The notes under the pieces are model-generated. The model did no database searches. It had not been told where the DNA came from and saw only the letters and a list, made by a program, of their open reading frames with translations. The position numbers and the translations under genes are program-made. A stretch of DNA of 64,000 nt, taken from the NCBI GenBank assembly GCA_021298975.1, contig JAJTGC010000005.1, positions 3,340 through 67,339 of the forward strand, read 5' to 3'. Position 1 is the stretch's first letter. The number at the start of each line of letters is the position of its first letter. The DNA comes from Oxalobacteraceae bacterium. Its GTDB lineage: Bacteria; Pseudomonadota; Gammaproteobacteria; Burkholderiales; Burkholderiaceae_D. Shown piece by piece: positions 32,015-41,760 of the stretch.

Positions 32015-33493
32015 CTAGGGTTTGTTGAGGTGGACTGGCAGCGTTACTTCAAAATGAGTGCCTACACCTGGTGTACTAACAAAGCGCATATCACCACCGT
32101 GCGCGTTAATGACAGTTCGCGATAACCATAACCCAACTCCCATGCCATGGGCTTTATTGGTTTTAAAAAGTTCAAATACCGAAGAATGGAATTCCGCAGG
32201 GATACCAACTCCATTGTCATCCACATGAAGCACAATCATTTCATCTTTAATTTCAGTCAATATAGCTATAGTTTTGGTGAAATTTTCCTGAAATTCAGTG
32301 CCGTAAAGTGCATCCAATGCATTATTTAGTAAATTTAATATGACCTGCTGTAGTTGAGTTGCATCCCCCTCAATCCAAGTATCTGGAAGTAGTGTGGTTT
32401 GTATGTCTACGCGTTCGTCTTTTGCTCGCAGTGAAATTAAAACCAGTGTTTCCCGAATCAACTCATCAAACTTTATGTGGCCTTGTTCGCGATCGGGATT
32501 TTCAAACATGCCTCGTAAAGCAGAAATAATGCATGCCGCTCGACGATTGTCCGTTATGACAGAGTCAAGAAATTTGCGTGCGCTCAATACATCTATATTG
32601 ACAGAATTCAGCTTTCTCTCTACCAGTTGGGCATTAAGACCGATAGCGCATAGAGGTTGATTTAATTCATGCGCAAGACTAGCAACAAGTGCACCCATAC
32701 CTGCTGTTTTATTGGATAGAATTAATTGTCGAATGATTTCTTCACGCTCTTTCAGTAAGTTTTGTAGCTCGCTTTTATGATGTTCCAGCATTATCGCTTC
32801 CGCCTCAGCGGCGGCTAAGCTACGTTCATTTTTCAGGTTTTTTTGTTCACGCAAGTCGAGAAAAATACGCAGAAAACCAATATTAATTAGTGTGATGGCG
32901 ACAAATTGTCCCGCAATCATCACGTACTGGTCTATTCCGGGATCATATATATTTTCAACTCCTAGACCAAAAGCCAACATGGTCGTTTTGAAGCCAAGTG
33001 AGCCGCACAATACAAGACCACCCATCATTAATAGTTGTGGCCCCAGTGTCTGTAGTCGTGGGTATATTTGGAAACCCACCAAAAAATAATCAAAGCATGT
33101 CAGTGTATAAAAACCAAAAAACAGAATTGCTAGTACCGTATCGGGTGTTCCCGCTTCATAGGATCTAGTAAAATGAAAAAAATACACTGTAGCTACTATG
33201 CAGTGCGCAACGATAGCAAGTCTTAATTTTTTGTCTAAATAAATTCTCAGTGCTATCAGTCGTCCTACATTTCCGATCAGCATTAGAAGCTGACCTAAAT
33301 AAATGAAAATAAATTCTCCGACTTCATTACGCAATGATAGTAAAACCACAGATAACCCACTGATGATCCCTGAACTGCACCACAATCTGACTTGCATGTT
33401 ACGCTGCTCTGAAAGCGAAAACCATATCGCGCCGTGCAAGACTAGATACGCCATGCAGATCATGAAAATCGTTGTTTGTATGTGAAGTGGCAT
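32015..33493 (-). CDS. Membrane sensor histidine kinase
   Basis: Polytopic N-terminus; H-box SLAHELNQPL; N-box NLLNNALDA; DNGVGI; GMGVGL. Confidence 0.92.
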   Translation of the reverse strand: MPLHIQTTIFMICMAYLVLHGAIWFSLSEQRNMQVRLWCSSGIISGLSVVLLSLRNEVGEFIFIYLGQLLMLIGNVGRLIALRIYLDKKLRLAIVAHCIVATVYFFHFTRSYEAGTPDTVLAILFFGFYTLTCFDYFLVGFQIYPRLQTLGPQLLMMGGLVLCGSLGFKTTMLAFGLGVENIYDPGIDQYVMIAGQFVAITLINIGFLRIFLDLREQKNLKNERSLAAAEAEAIMLEHHKSELQNLLKEREEIIRQLILSNKTAGMGALVASLAHELNQPLCAIGLNAQLVERKLNSVNIDVLSARKFLDSVITDNRRAACIISALRGMFENPDREQGHIKFDELIRETLVLISLRAKDERVDIQTTLLPDTWIEGDATQLQQVILNLLNNALDALYGTEFQENFTKTIAILTEIKDEMIVLHVDDNGVGIPAEFHSSVFELFKTNKAHGMGVGLWLSRTVINAHGGDMRFVSTPGVGTHFEVTLPVHLNKP

Positions 33494-33964
33494 AGCGATG
33501 TGTTGAAAATCTGACGCCTGAGGCTGTCTTAATTTTATAGATTTTCTTCGTGTGCAGTGATTAATTTAAGCTTAAGAAAGTATCGCCGCTCGAAAAGTGA
33601 ATTACGCGAAAATACCATGTCATTTTTTTCGTTCTCGTACGCCTAAACGACCAACATAAGTTTTAAATAAAAAACTTATTCCTTTGAAAAATATGCAATT
33701 TTTTAGGATGCTATGCTTGACCTGATGGGCATATTGGCTGGTCGAGAAAATTTAGGAGCCTTAAATTTATCGACTGGCAGCTGAAAAGCATTTTCGCTTC
33801 TGGTGATCAATCACCTAAGTAGGTGCTGATTCAATAAACGGTAGATGTTTTAGGGTTAATTCACCGAGGCTGTCTCAGTGAGTCACCGGGCCCACTAGTT
33901 TTTAACTACGAATTACTACTGCGTCTTTATCTGTATAGATGAGTCCTGAATAATCATACCTTTT

Positions 33965-34279
33965 CTACCCTTGAGTTACGGTGATGTCGCCTTGAATGCT
34001 GCCACCTTTTTTAACCTCAAGATTAGTATAGGTGATGTTTCCCTCAACTTTCCCAGTTGCTTCGATCACCAAGGTTTGTTGAACAATTACGGTTTCGTTT
34101 AATTGTCCTTCAACACGAACATCATCAGCAACTGAACTCCCTTTTAACACTCCATTGATCGTGATGTTAATGGAGTTAGCATTAATCACTCCTGTGACGG
34201 CCCCATCGATTTCAGCTGCACCAGGAACATGAAATTTTCCGTTCATAGTGACACCGCTGCCAACATATAAATCAACCAT
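33965..34279 (-). CDS. Bactofilin (polymer-forming cytoskeletal protein)
   Basis: Beta-helix repeat pattern VGSGVTMNG..IDGAVTG..VEG..TGKVEGNITYTNLEVKKGGSIQG. Confidence 0.85.
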   Translation of the reverse strand: MVDLYVGSGVTMNGKFHVPGAAEIDGAVTGVINANSINITINGVLKGSSVADDVRVEGQLNETVIVQQTLVIEATGKVEGNITYTNLEVKKGGSIQGDITVTQG

Positions 34280-34355
34280 TAAGTTTGGTACTTTCTTGTG
34301 TAAAATTCTGCGGATAATAGAATGAAAATCAATAAAAAATTATGATTTTATGAAA

Positions 34356-34664
34356 TTATTTAACATGCTTTTTAGAGGATGACGATAGAAGAAACAATGG
34401 AATTTCAACTTCGCTTAAATTATCCTGATGGGCAGATGCTGGGTTTTTTAGTTTTTCAAATAGATCGGCATTTATATCTGTATGAAGCTTGCGTGCATAA
34501 AGCTTAGTTAATCGTTCAATTTCCTTAATGCCACCTATAAAATCTTCGAGCCTATTATTTTCGAGAGAGCTGATTTGTTTAGGCGACATGCCTGTAAGAT
34601 GCGATATCTCCTGAAGGCTCAATCCCAGTTCTTCACGCTTATTTTTAAGCACGACTCCAAACAT
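34356..34664 (-). CDS. Soluble XRE/HTH_25 protein resembling the RodZ N-terminal domain
   Basis: GVVLKNKREELGLSLQEIS....ISSLEN....GG......KLYARKL; no TM segment. Confidence 0.75.
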   Translation of the reverse strand: MFGVVLKNKREELGLSLQEISHLTGMSPKQISSLENNRLEDFIGGIKEIERLTKLYARKLHTDINADLFEKLKNPASAHQDNLSEVEIPLFLLSSSSKKHVK

Positions 34665-35173
34665 AGTGGGCCTTGATTGATATTACGTGTTGATCCGAGC
34701 TGTGAGGAAAAAGAGGCATTAAATCAGTCTTTTTGTTCACTGATGGTTCCACGTTTCGTCACCCTTGAATAGCTGTACTAAGGGGCAACCCGATGTTCAG
34801 AGCACTCTCTTAGCCTGAGTAACTTGCTCGATTTGAAATATGTTAGACCCAGAATGCCTCATTATTCAAACAGAACCAATCGATATGTTTTTAAACTGAT
34901 ATCTTTTTTAATCGACGGTTCAATCCTTGCTCTCCCTGTTCTCAAGTAACTAATATCGACCGGGCGTTGTAAATAATACTTTTTTGGAAGCTTTTCTTGC
35001 CCTTAGATCGCTTGCAAACAATAGAGTCGTTTGCTGACGTTGCTAGTGTGGGTACCCTGGACTGGTTGGCCCTATGCCTGCTGGGACGCGTAGCATTTGA
35101 TGATCATGGTCCCTTCCGACCGAGGAGCATAGGGCTGGGCGCTGGATCTAGCCACCGACGCCCATGCCCAAAA

Positions 35174-35362
35174 TCACTTCTTGAGCCCAGCCTACAAGCT
35201 GCTACTGGCAGCTTTAATCTGATCATCTAGCGCGACGGCTTAAACGGCTGTCTTGACGGTCTCTATCACGATAACTAAATCATCCAGATTGGCGATTTCA
35301 ATGCCATTCTTGCCTTTAGCGATATGTAACACTCGCGATCCATAGCGCACCGAAAAACACAT
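35174..35362 (-). pseudogene. DUF6641-like gene remnant
   Basis: Manual translation CFSVRYGSRVLHIAKGKNGIEIANLDDLVIVIETVKTAV*AVALDDQIKAASSSL*AGLKK* has two internal stops and resembles the DUF6641 C-terminus (family recalled, not searched). Confidence 0.65.
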
Positions 35363-35422
35363 CTTTATCTTCACCAGCGTCCAGCACCCGATGGCATGAC
35401 CGTTTCGGTGTTTTCAAAAATT

Positions 35423-35436
35423 TTGATTCAAGTCAA
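35423..35436. promoter_or_regulatory. FNR-box upstream of the Pat-like gene
   Basis: TTGAT-TCAA-GTCAA, 44 bp before the ATG. Confidence 0.7.
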
Positions 35437-35480
35437 TTAATCAATGCCCCGAATTTTACAAATATCACCATAATCACCTG

Positions 35481-38114
35481 ATGAGCCTGCGTAACCTGGA
35501 ACATCTCTTTTCTCCCAAATCGGTAGCGTTGATCGGTGCGAGTGATCGTCCGCATAGTGTGGGTGCCACGGTCTGGAATAATCTGTCGAGAGGGTATGCA
35601 GTACCCGGTGATCCCAAGCTGATGGCCGTCAATCCTCGCCTCACGCGCTTGCAGGACTGGCCGGTGTATCCGGATGTCGCGAGTCTGCCGCAAACTCCCG
35701 AGCTGGCCGTGATCGCAACGCCACCCGCCACCGTACCCAAACTGATCACGCAGTTGGCGCAGCGGGGAACGCGTGCTGCTGTAATTCTGACGGCGGGGAT
35801 GGACGGCGATTATGGTGACGGCCGCACGCATCGGCAGGCCATGCTTGATGCATCCAAACCTTATATTTTTCGCGTACTTGGTCCGAATTGCGTTGGTCTG
35901 CTGGCGCCCGCTCTGCGGCTCAACGCCAGCTTCGCACCCACCGATGCACTGCCGGGCAAAGTGGCCTTCGTTTCCCAGTCGGGGGCACTGGTTACCGCCG
36001 TACTCGATTGGGCGAGGGCGCGTGACATCGGCTTTTCGTATTTCATTTCGCTGGGTGATGCCACTGATGTGGATGTGGGTGATGTGCTTGATTATCTGGC
36101 GACGGATCCGCACACGCAATCTATTCTTCTGTATGTGGAAGATATTCGCAATGCACGCAAATTCATGTCCGCCGCGCGCGCCGCAGGACGCAATAAGCCC
36201 GTCGTAATTCTCAAGGCTGGTCGGGTGCCGGAAGGTGCGCGTGCTGCAGCCTCGCACACCGGCTTGCTGCGTGTGCTGACAACCGAGGCTTTGTTTGACG
36301 CTGTTGAAACACTGGCGCGGGCTAAACCCTTGATTAGTGAATCGCTGATCATTCTGACCAACGGCGGTGGCCCCGGTGTCATGGCTACCGATGCGCTCAT
36401 GCTCTCGGGCGGCAAACTCGCCACGCTGTCCGAAAAAACCATGGCAGCGCTGGACAAAGTGTTGCCACTGAACTGGTCGCGCGGTAATCCGATCGACATC
36501 ATTGGTGATGCACCGGTAGCCCGTTATCAGCAGGCGCTCTCCATTCTTTTCGAGCACCAGCCATCGAATCCTGTACTTTTCATTCATGCGCCTACCGCGA
36601 TTGTGCCCAGCGCAGATATTGCGCGTGCACTGGCGCCTGCAATAGAGCAATCCCGCCATCACGTTATTGCTTGCTGGATGGGCGGTGCGTCCGTGGGCGA
36701 AGCGCGTCAGATATTTTCGAAAGCAGGCCTGCCGCACTTTGGCACTCCCGAAGATGCGATACAGGGTTTCATGCAAGTCGTGGAATACGGTCGAAATCAG
36801 CAATTGCTGATGCAAGTACCGGCTGCAGGCACCCCCTATGATGATCTGGATGTGCCCGCTGCGCGCGCTGTGATTGATGCCGTGCTGGCTGAAGGCCGGG
36901 TGATGCTGACCGAGCCCGAATCGAAGATGCTGATGCAAGCCTGTCACCTACCAATTGCGGAAACGCGCGTTGCGCACTCACCCGAGGAGGCGGCGGTGCT
37001 GGCAGAGGCGATAGGATTTCCGGTTGCGGTGAAGCTTTTGTCTCCTGACATTACGCACAAAACAGAAGTCGGTGGTGTTGCACTGGATCTGGAATCTGTT
37101 GCAGCAGTAAAAGCGGCGGCAACGGCGATGCAACAACGACTTGCCTTGTTGCGACCCGCTGCAAAGCTCAAGGGTTTTTCCGTGCAGCCGATGATACGCC
37201 GGCCCGATGCACAAGAGCTCATCGTTGGTATCACCTCCGATCCTGTTTTTGGCCCGGTGCTGCTGTTTGGTCAGGGAGGTATTGCGGTCGAGGTGCTGCA
37301 GGATCATGCACTTGCGCTGCCACCCCTGAACGATGTACTGGCGCGCGATACGATCATGCGTACACGGGTGTCAAAACTGCTTGCGGGCTACCGGAACCGG
37401 CCCGCCGCCGACATGGAGGCGATCAGCCGGGTGCTGATTCAGGTCGCGCATCTGGCCGCTGAACTGCCCGAAATAGCCGAGCTGGATATCAACCCGCTGC
37501 TGGCGGATGCCAATGGCGTGATCGCGCTTGATGCGCGTGTACTGCTCAAGCCTCAGCATCTGCGTCATCCGCATGATCGTCTCGCGATTCGTCCTTATCC
37601 GCAGGCGCTGGAGGAGATCGTGCAGTGGCGCGGAAGTGAAATGACTTTACGCCCGATCAGGCCGGAGGATGGTGAATCGCACCTGCGGTTCTTCAGCTTG
37701 CTCGATCCTGTCGATGTGCGTTTTCGCATGTTCATTCATATGCGCGAACTTCAGCCCTCCCAGTTGGCGCGCATGACGCAAATTGATTACGACCGCGAGA
37801 TGGCCTTTGTCGCCGTCCGACAAAATGAAGATGGTAGCGATGAGACGCTGGGTGTTGTGCGCGCCGTGGCAGATCCGGACAATATCAATGCTGAATTTGC
37901 CATCATCATTCGCTCCGACCTCAAAGGTCTGGGCCTGGGTCAGATGCTGATGACCAAGCTCATTACGTATTTTCGCCAGCGAGGCACAAAGGCGATTGTC
38001 GGTGAGGCGCTCGGTGACAATCATGCACTGATTGAGTTAACAAAAAATCTGGGATTTGAAATTCACAGTCAGTCCGGGACCGGCACTGTGGCGCTGAGAT
38101 TGCCGCTGAACTGA
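35481..38114 (+). CDS. Bifunctional acetate-CoA ligase-like/GNAT protein lysine acetyltransferase (Pat/PatZ family), with an apparent in-frame deletion near 36262
   Basis: CoA-binding (PKSVALIGAS, LGPNCVG, SQSGA), ATP-grasp (HKTEVGGV, DPVFGP, LDINPL) and C-terminal GNAT (IDYDREMAFVA, KGLGLG) domains. Confidence 0.9.
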   Translation: MSLRNLEHLFSPKSVALIGASDRPHSVGATVWNNLSRGYAVPGDPKLMAVNPRLTRLQDWPVYPDVASLPQTPELAVIATPPATVPKLITQLAQRGTRAAVILTAGMDGDYGDGRTHRQAMLDASKPYIFRVLGPNCVGLLAPALRLNASFAPTDALPGKVAFVSQSGALVTAVLDWARARDIGFSYFISLGDATDVDVGDVLDYLATDPHTQSILLYVEDIRNARKFMSAARAAGRNKPVVILKAGRVPEGARAAASHTGLLRVLTTEALFDAVETLARAKPLISESLIILTNGGGPGVMATDALMLSGGKLATLSEKTMAALDKVLPLNWSRGNPIDIIGDAPVARYQQALSILFEHQPSNPVLFIHAPTAIVPSADIARALAPAIEQSRHHVIACWMGGASVGEARQIFSKAGLPHFGTPEDAIQGFMQVVEYGRNQQLLMQVPAAGTPYDDLDVPAARAVIDAVLAEGRVMLTEPESKMLMQACHLPIAETRVAHSPEEAAVLAEAIGFPVAVKLLSPDITHKTEVGGVALDLESVAAVKAAATAMQQRLALLRPAAKLKGFSVQPMIRRPDAQELIVGITSDPVFGPVLLFGQGGIAVEVLQDHALALPPLNDVLARDTIMRTRVSKLLAGYRNRPAADMEAISRVLIQVAHLAAELPEIAELDINPLLADANGVIALDARVLLKPQHLRHPHDRLAIRPYPQALEEIVQWRGSEMTLRPIRPEDGESHLRFFSLLDPVDVRFRMFIHMRELQPSQLARMTQIDYDREMAFVAVRQNEDGSDETLGVVRAVADPDNINAEFAIIIRSDLKGLGLGQMLMTKLITYFRQRGTKAIVGEALGDNHALIELTKNLGFEIHSQSGTGTVALRLPLN

Positions 38115-38279
38115 TCAGCCGGTGTGCGCAATCCGGGCCACGGCACAGGTCTCATTCGACGGCAGATTGGTTCAGCGACAGCCTCGGCTCCTGCGGTTAT
38201 CGGTAGTCAGCACGGTGGTTGCACGCGACATTGCAACACTAGTTTTTTAGGCTATGAATTCTCAATTTAATTTCTCAAG

Positions 38280-39047
38280 TTGACGACACTGTCACTCCTG
38301 CCGATTTTTCTGGTGGGTCTTCTGGGTGGTGTGCATTGTGTGGGTATGTGTGGTGGCATCGTCAGTGCGTTTTCTGTCGCAACGCCGCGCCAACGTTTAT
38401 TTCCCGTCTTGATCGCACCCCAGAGCCGCCGTTTCAGCCTGATTGCTGAGGCTAGCCCGCGCGTGCTTGCTTTCAATGCCGGTCGGATAGGCAGCTATAT
38501 GCTCGCTGGCGCATTGGCGGGTTTGCTGGGTAGCGTGCCTGCGCTACTCCATCTAGTGGCGTTGCAGACGGCGGCTTACTGGCTGGCGAACCTGATGCTG
38601 GTCGCGCTCGGTCTCACACTGATGAATGTGTGGCATGGGCTTCGTCGTGTCGAGGCCATCGCCCAAGTGGGATGGCGTCATGTTCAGCCGCTGATGCGCC
38701 GGCTGCTGCCGGTGACGCATCTGTGGCAGGCGATGGCGCTCGGGGGTCTGTGGGGCTGGGTACCGTGTGGCATGGTCTACAGCGTGTTGATGACGGCTTT
38801 GCTCACCGGTTCTGCCCCGCAGGGTGCGATGATCATGCTGGCCTTCGGTCTGGGCACGCTGCCTTTGTTGTTCATCCTCGGTGTGCTCGGTACGTCCGTG
38901 CAGGCTTTTCTGCAGAAGACGCCTGTTCGTCGTCTGGCAGGGCTGCTGGTGCTGATGTTTGGTTTGCTGGGATTGTTTCGCGCAGCAACAGGCCTGTCGC
39001 ATGACTGGCTGGATGCCGTGTGCTTGACGCCGGCGGCCTCGCGGTGA
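38280..39047 (+). CDS. DsbD_2/TauE-like membrane protein associated with cbb3 oxidase assembly
   Basis: HCVGMCGG, GRIGSY, PCGMVY and FGLGTLP motifs. Confidence 0.88.
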   Translation: MTTLSLLPIFLVGLLGGVHCVGMCGGIVSAFSVATPRQRLFPVLIAPQSRRFSLIAEASPRVLAFNAGRIGSYMLAGALAGLLGSVPALLHLVALQTAAYWLANLMLVALGLTLMNVWHGLRRVEAIAQVGWRHVQPLMRRLLPVTHLWQAMALGGLWGWVPCGMVYSVLMTALLTGSAPQGAMIMLAFGLGTLPLLFILGVLGTSVQAFLQKTPVRRLAGLLVLMFGLLGLFRAATGLSHDWLDAVCLTPAASR

Positions 39048-41372
39048 GTCATCTGGCGCTGGATTGTTTTCACTGCGGCCTGCCGGTTTCCGCAGCGAGT
39101 GCATGGTCGGTTGTGATTGACGCCGTGGCGCAGCCGATGTGTTGCCCCGGTTGCGAAGCGGTGGCGCAGGCCATCGTCGACAATGGACTAACCGATTACT
39201 ACCGGACGCGTCAGAGTTTGCCCGCGGGCGTGGCGGCGATCGACCCCGATGCGCTCGGTTTGTATGACGCCCCCGAACTGGCTTCGCACTTTCAGGGAAA
39301 GGACGGCAACTCGGAAACCACGCTCTCCATCGAAGGCATACGTTGTGCCGCGTGTGTGTGGCTGATTGAAAAACGTTTGTCGCAGCTGGCCGGTGTGCAG
39401 TTCGCGCATATGAATGTCGCCACTGAAAAACTGCAGGTTCGTTGGGATGCGGACCAATGCAAGCCCAGTGATATTCTGGAGGCAGTTCGTGAGGTGGGTT
39501 ACGTCGCCTATCCCTTTGATCCGATTCAGCACGGCGACAGGCTGCGCAAGAATACGAGACAACTGTTCAAGCGTTTATTTGTGGCTGGTCTGTCGATGAT
39601 GCAGGTCATGATGTATGCAGTGCCGGTGTACTTTGCCGAAGCGGACAGTATCGAAGCCGACATGGTGCAGCTGATGCGGTGGGCCAGTCTGGTACTGACG
39701 CTGCCGGCCGTTTTTTATTCAGCTCAGCCTTTTTTTCAGGGGGCATGGGCTGATCTTCGGCGCAAGGCTGCGGGTATGGATGTGCCGGTAGCCTTAGGCA
39801 TTGCGGCTGCATTCGCGGGTAGTGTCTGGTCTACGGTCGCCGGCGAGGGCGAGGTGTATTTCGACTCGGTGACCATGTTCATTTTTCTGCTGCTCGGCAG
39901 CCGTTACTTTGAGCTGGTGGCGCGTCGTCGTGCAGCGGCCTCACTCGAAACCCTGAAGCATGCGTTGCCAGACGCCGCATGGCTGCTGACAGATTATCCG
40001 ACCAGCCGCGAAGCAAGCCGGGTACCTGCAGCGCAATTACGCGCGGGTGACGTGATCCTTGCCAAGCCCGGTGATCCGATTGCGGCCGACAGTGTGATCA
40101 TCGACGGCGAGACTGCGCTGGATATGTCGCTGCTGACCGGTGAAAGTCAGCCGCAGACCCGTCGCGTGGGTGAGCAGGTGGTGGGTGGCGCTGTCAACAT
40201 CGGTCAGCCCGTTATTTTGCGCGTCGAGCGCGTCGCAACAGAAAGCACGCTTCTGGCTTTGGCATGATGCCGCGCGTGCCTGGCCGATTGCGATTGGGGT
40301 GCTGGTGGTCTCTTGTCCGTGTGCGCTGTCGCTGGCCACCCCCTCGGCGCTGGCGGCGGCGACCGATCGTTTGCTGCGTCAGGGTGTGCTGGTGATGCAG
40401 CCGCATGTGTTTGAAACGCTGCATCGGGCCACGCATGTGGTGTTCGATAAAACGGGGACTTTGACCGAAGGCCGACCACAGTTGCAATCGCTCGCCTTGT
40501 TGGGCAGATTGCAGCGCGATGCTGTTCTGGGTCTGGCCGCTGCCATGGAAGCCGGTAGTGCGCATCCACTGGCGCAGGCGATCATCTCCGCTGCCTGCAC
40601 TGAATCGGTTGCCGAGATAAAGATTGATCGTGTCAGGCATTACGCAGGGCAGGGGTTGGAAGCACGAATGGATGATCAGCTGTATCGGTTGGGCACGGCA
40701 GGGTTCGTCGCTGAAATCTCGGGGAGCGCAGACAGTCAGATGTCCGTCGATGAAATGACTGGCATCAGTCCCGTTTACCTTGGCAGTCGTTCAGGCTGGC
40801 TCGCGCGTTTTGCGTTTACCGATACTTTGAAGCCGAATGCACTGCAGGTGGTGACACATTTCCGGTCGCAGTCGCGTCGCGTTATTTTGCTGTCAGGCGA
40901 CTCGCCCGCTATTGTTCAACAGGTGGCCGCTTCGCTGCATATGGATGAGGCGCACGGCGGCATGTTGCCCGACCAAAAGCTGGCCTATGTTCAGCGATTG
41001 CAGCAGCAAGGCGCCGTGGTGGTGATGGTAGGTGATGGCATGAATGATGCTGCCGTGTTGCGCGGTGCGGATGTCTCGTTTGCGATGGGATCCGGTGCGG
41101 CACTGGCGCAGTCGCATGCAGATGCGGTGCTGATTCATGCGCAGTTGTCCTTGTTGCTGGATGCGGCCGACGCAGCAGTGGCCTGCATGCGCGTGATCCG
41201 ACAGAATCTCGCCTGGGCAACACTTTACAATCTGATAGCCATTCCCGCTGCCGCGTTCGGATTGCTGACGCCCTGGATGGCCGGATTGGGCATGTCGCTC
41301 AGTTCTGCGCTGGTGGTGGCCAATGCGTTGCGGCTTGAACGCAGGCCACCCGCCCTGCGAAAGGCGTACTGA
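39044..41372 (+). pseudogene. ccoI: Cu-translocating P1B-type ATPase CcoI/FixI, split by a deletion and frameshift at ~40251
   Basis: CFHCG/CCPGC, CAAC and TGES in the first frame (stops at 40267); CPC, DKTGT, HP and GDGMND in a second frame; the connecting ~40 aa are absent. Confidence 0.88.
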
Positions 41373-41512
41373 TGGAATCGCTTTACTTGCTGATACCGCT
41401 GTCGGTCATCATCGTATTTATCGCGCTATGGATTTTTTTCCGCGCGATGGACAGCGGTCAGTTTGATGATCTCGATGGTCCCGGCATGCGGATTCTGCAG
41501 GACGATGATTGA
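41372..41512 (+). CDS. ccoS: cbb3-type oxidase assembly protein CcoS (46 aa, not in the ORF track)
   Basis: Manual translation MESLYLLIPLSVIIVFIALWIFFRAMDSGQFDDLDGPGMRILQDDD; TGATG overlap with ccoI. Confidence 0.93.
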   Translation: MESLYLLIPLSVIIVFIALWIFFRAMDSGQFDDLDGPGMRILQDDD

Positions 41513-41684
41513 CCCGCGGATACGGCAGACAAGCACGACTAAGCTGCTTGCGATCTGTGCCTGCCTGTTTCTTCCCAAGACCGTGTTGTGTTTCGAAACC
41601 AAGTGGCCTGACGAGCGACCGTAAGGTGATGCTTAGTGATTCGTCGATCAGCCTGTTTTGACTCGGTGACCCATGGGGTCATAT

Positions 41685-41698
41685 TTGACTCAAGTCAA
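41685..41698. promoter_or_regulatory. FNR-box upstream of ccoN
   Basis: Palindrome TTGAC-TCAA-GTCAA, 62 bp before the ccoN start. Confidence 0.8.
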
Positions 41699-41760
41699 GG
41701 AACTTTGCCCATCTGAAACGTACCCTAGCTTTATTTTGTCGTAAACCAAGGGGAGTTTTT

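Larger units (their letters stand above)
30840..35400. mobile_element. Decayed AT-rich genomic islet
   Basis: Sharp GC drop (e.g. 13/60 G+C at 33661-33720 versus 39/60 at 13321-13380); IS4 remnant at the left end and DUF6641 remnant at the right end; boundaries approximate. Confidence 0.7.

Noticed and set aside
35065-35140. Multi-stem structure (GCCCTATGC/GCATAGGGC closing stem, internal TTGATGA) reminiscent of a hammerhead ribozyme
   Set aside because: Core does not match CUGANGA...GAAA; cannot be supported without a covariance-model search
34997-35230. 77-aa ORF at the right edge of the islet
   Set aside because: TTG start without an RBS, no motif, and it overlaps the DUF6641-like remnant on the other strand
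30850-35410. GAAACGGT / ACCGTTTC as terminal inverted repeats of the AT-rich islet
   Set aside because: Only 8 bp, with no target-site duplication found; compatible with chance
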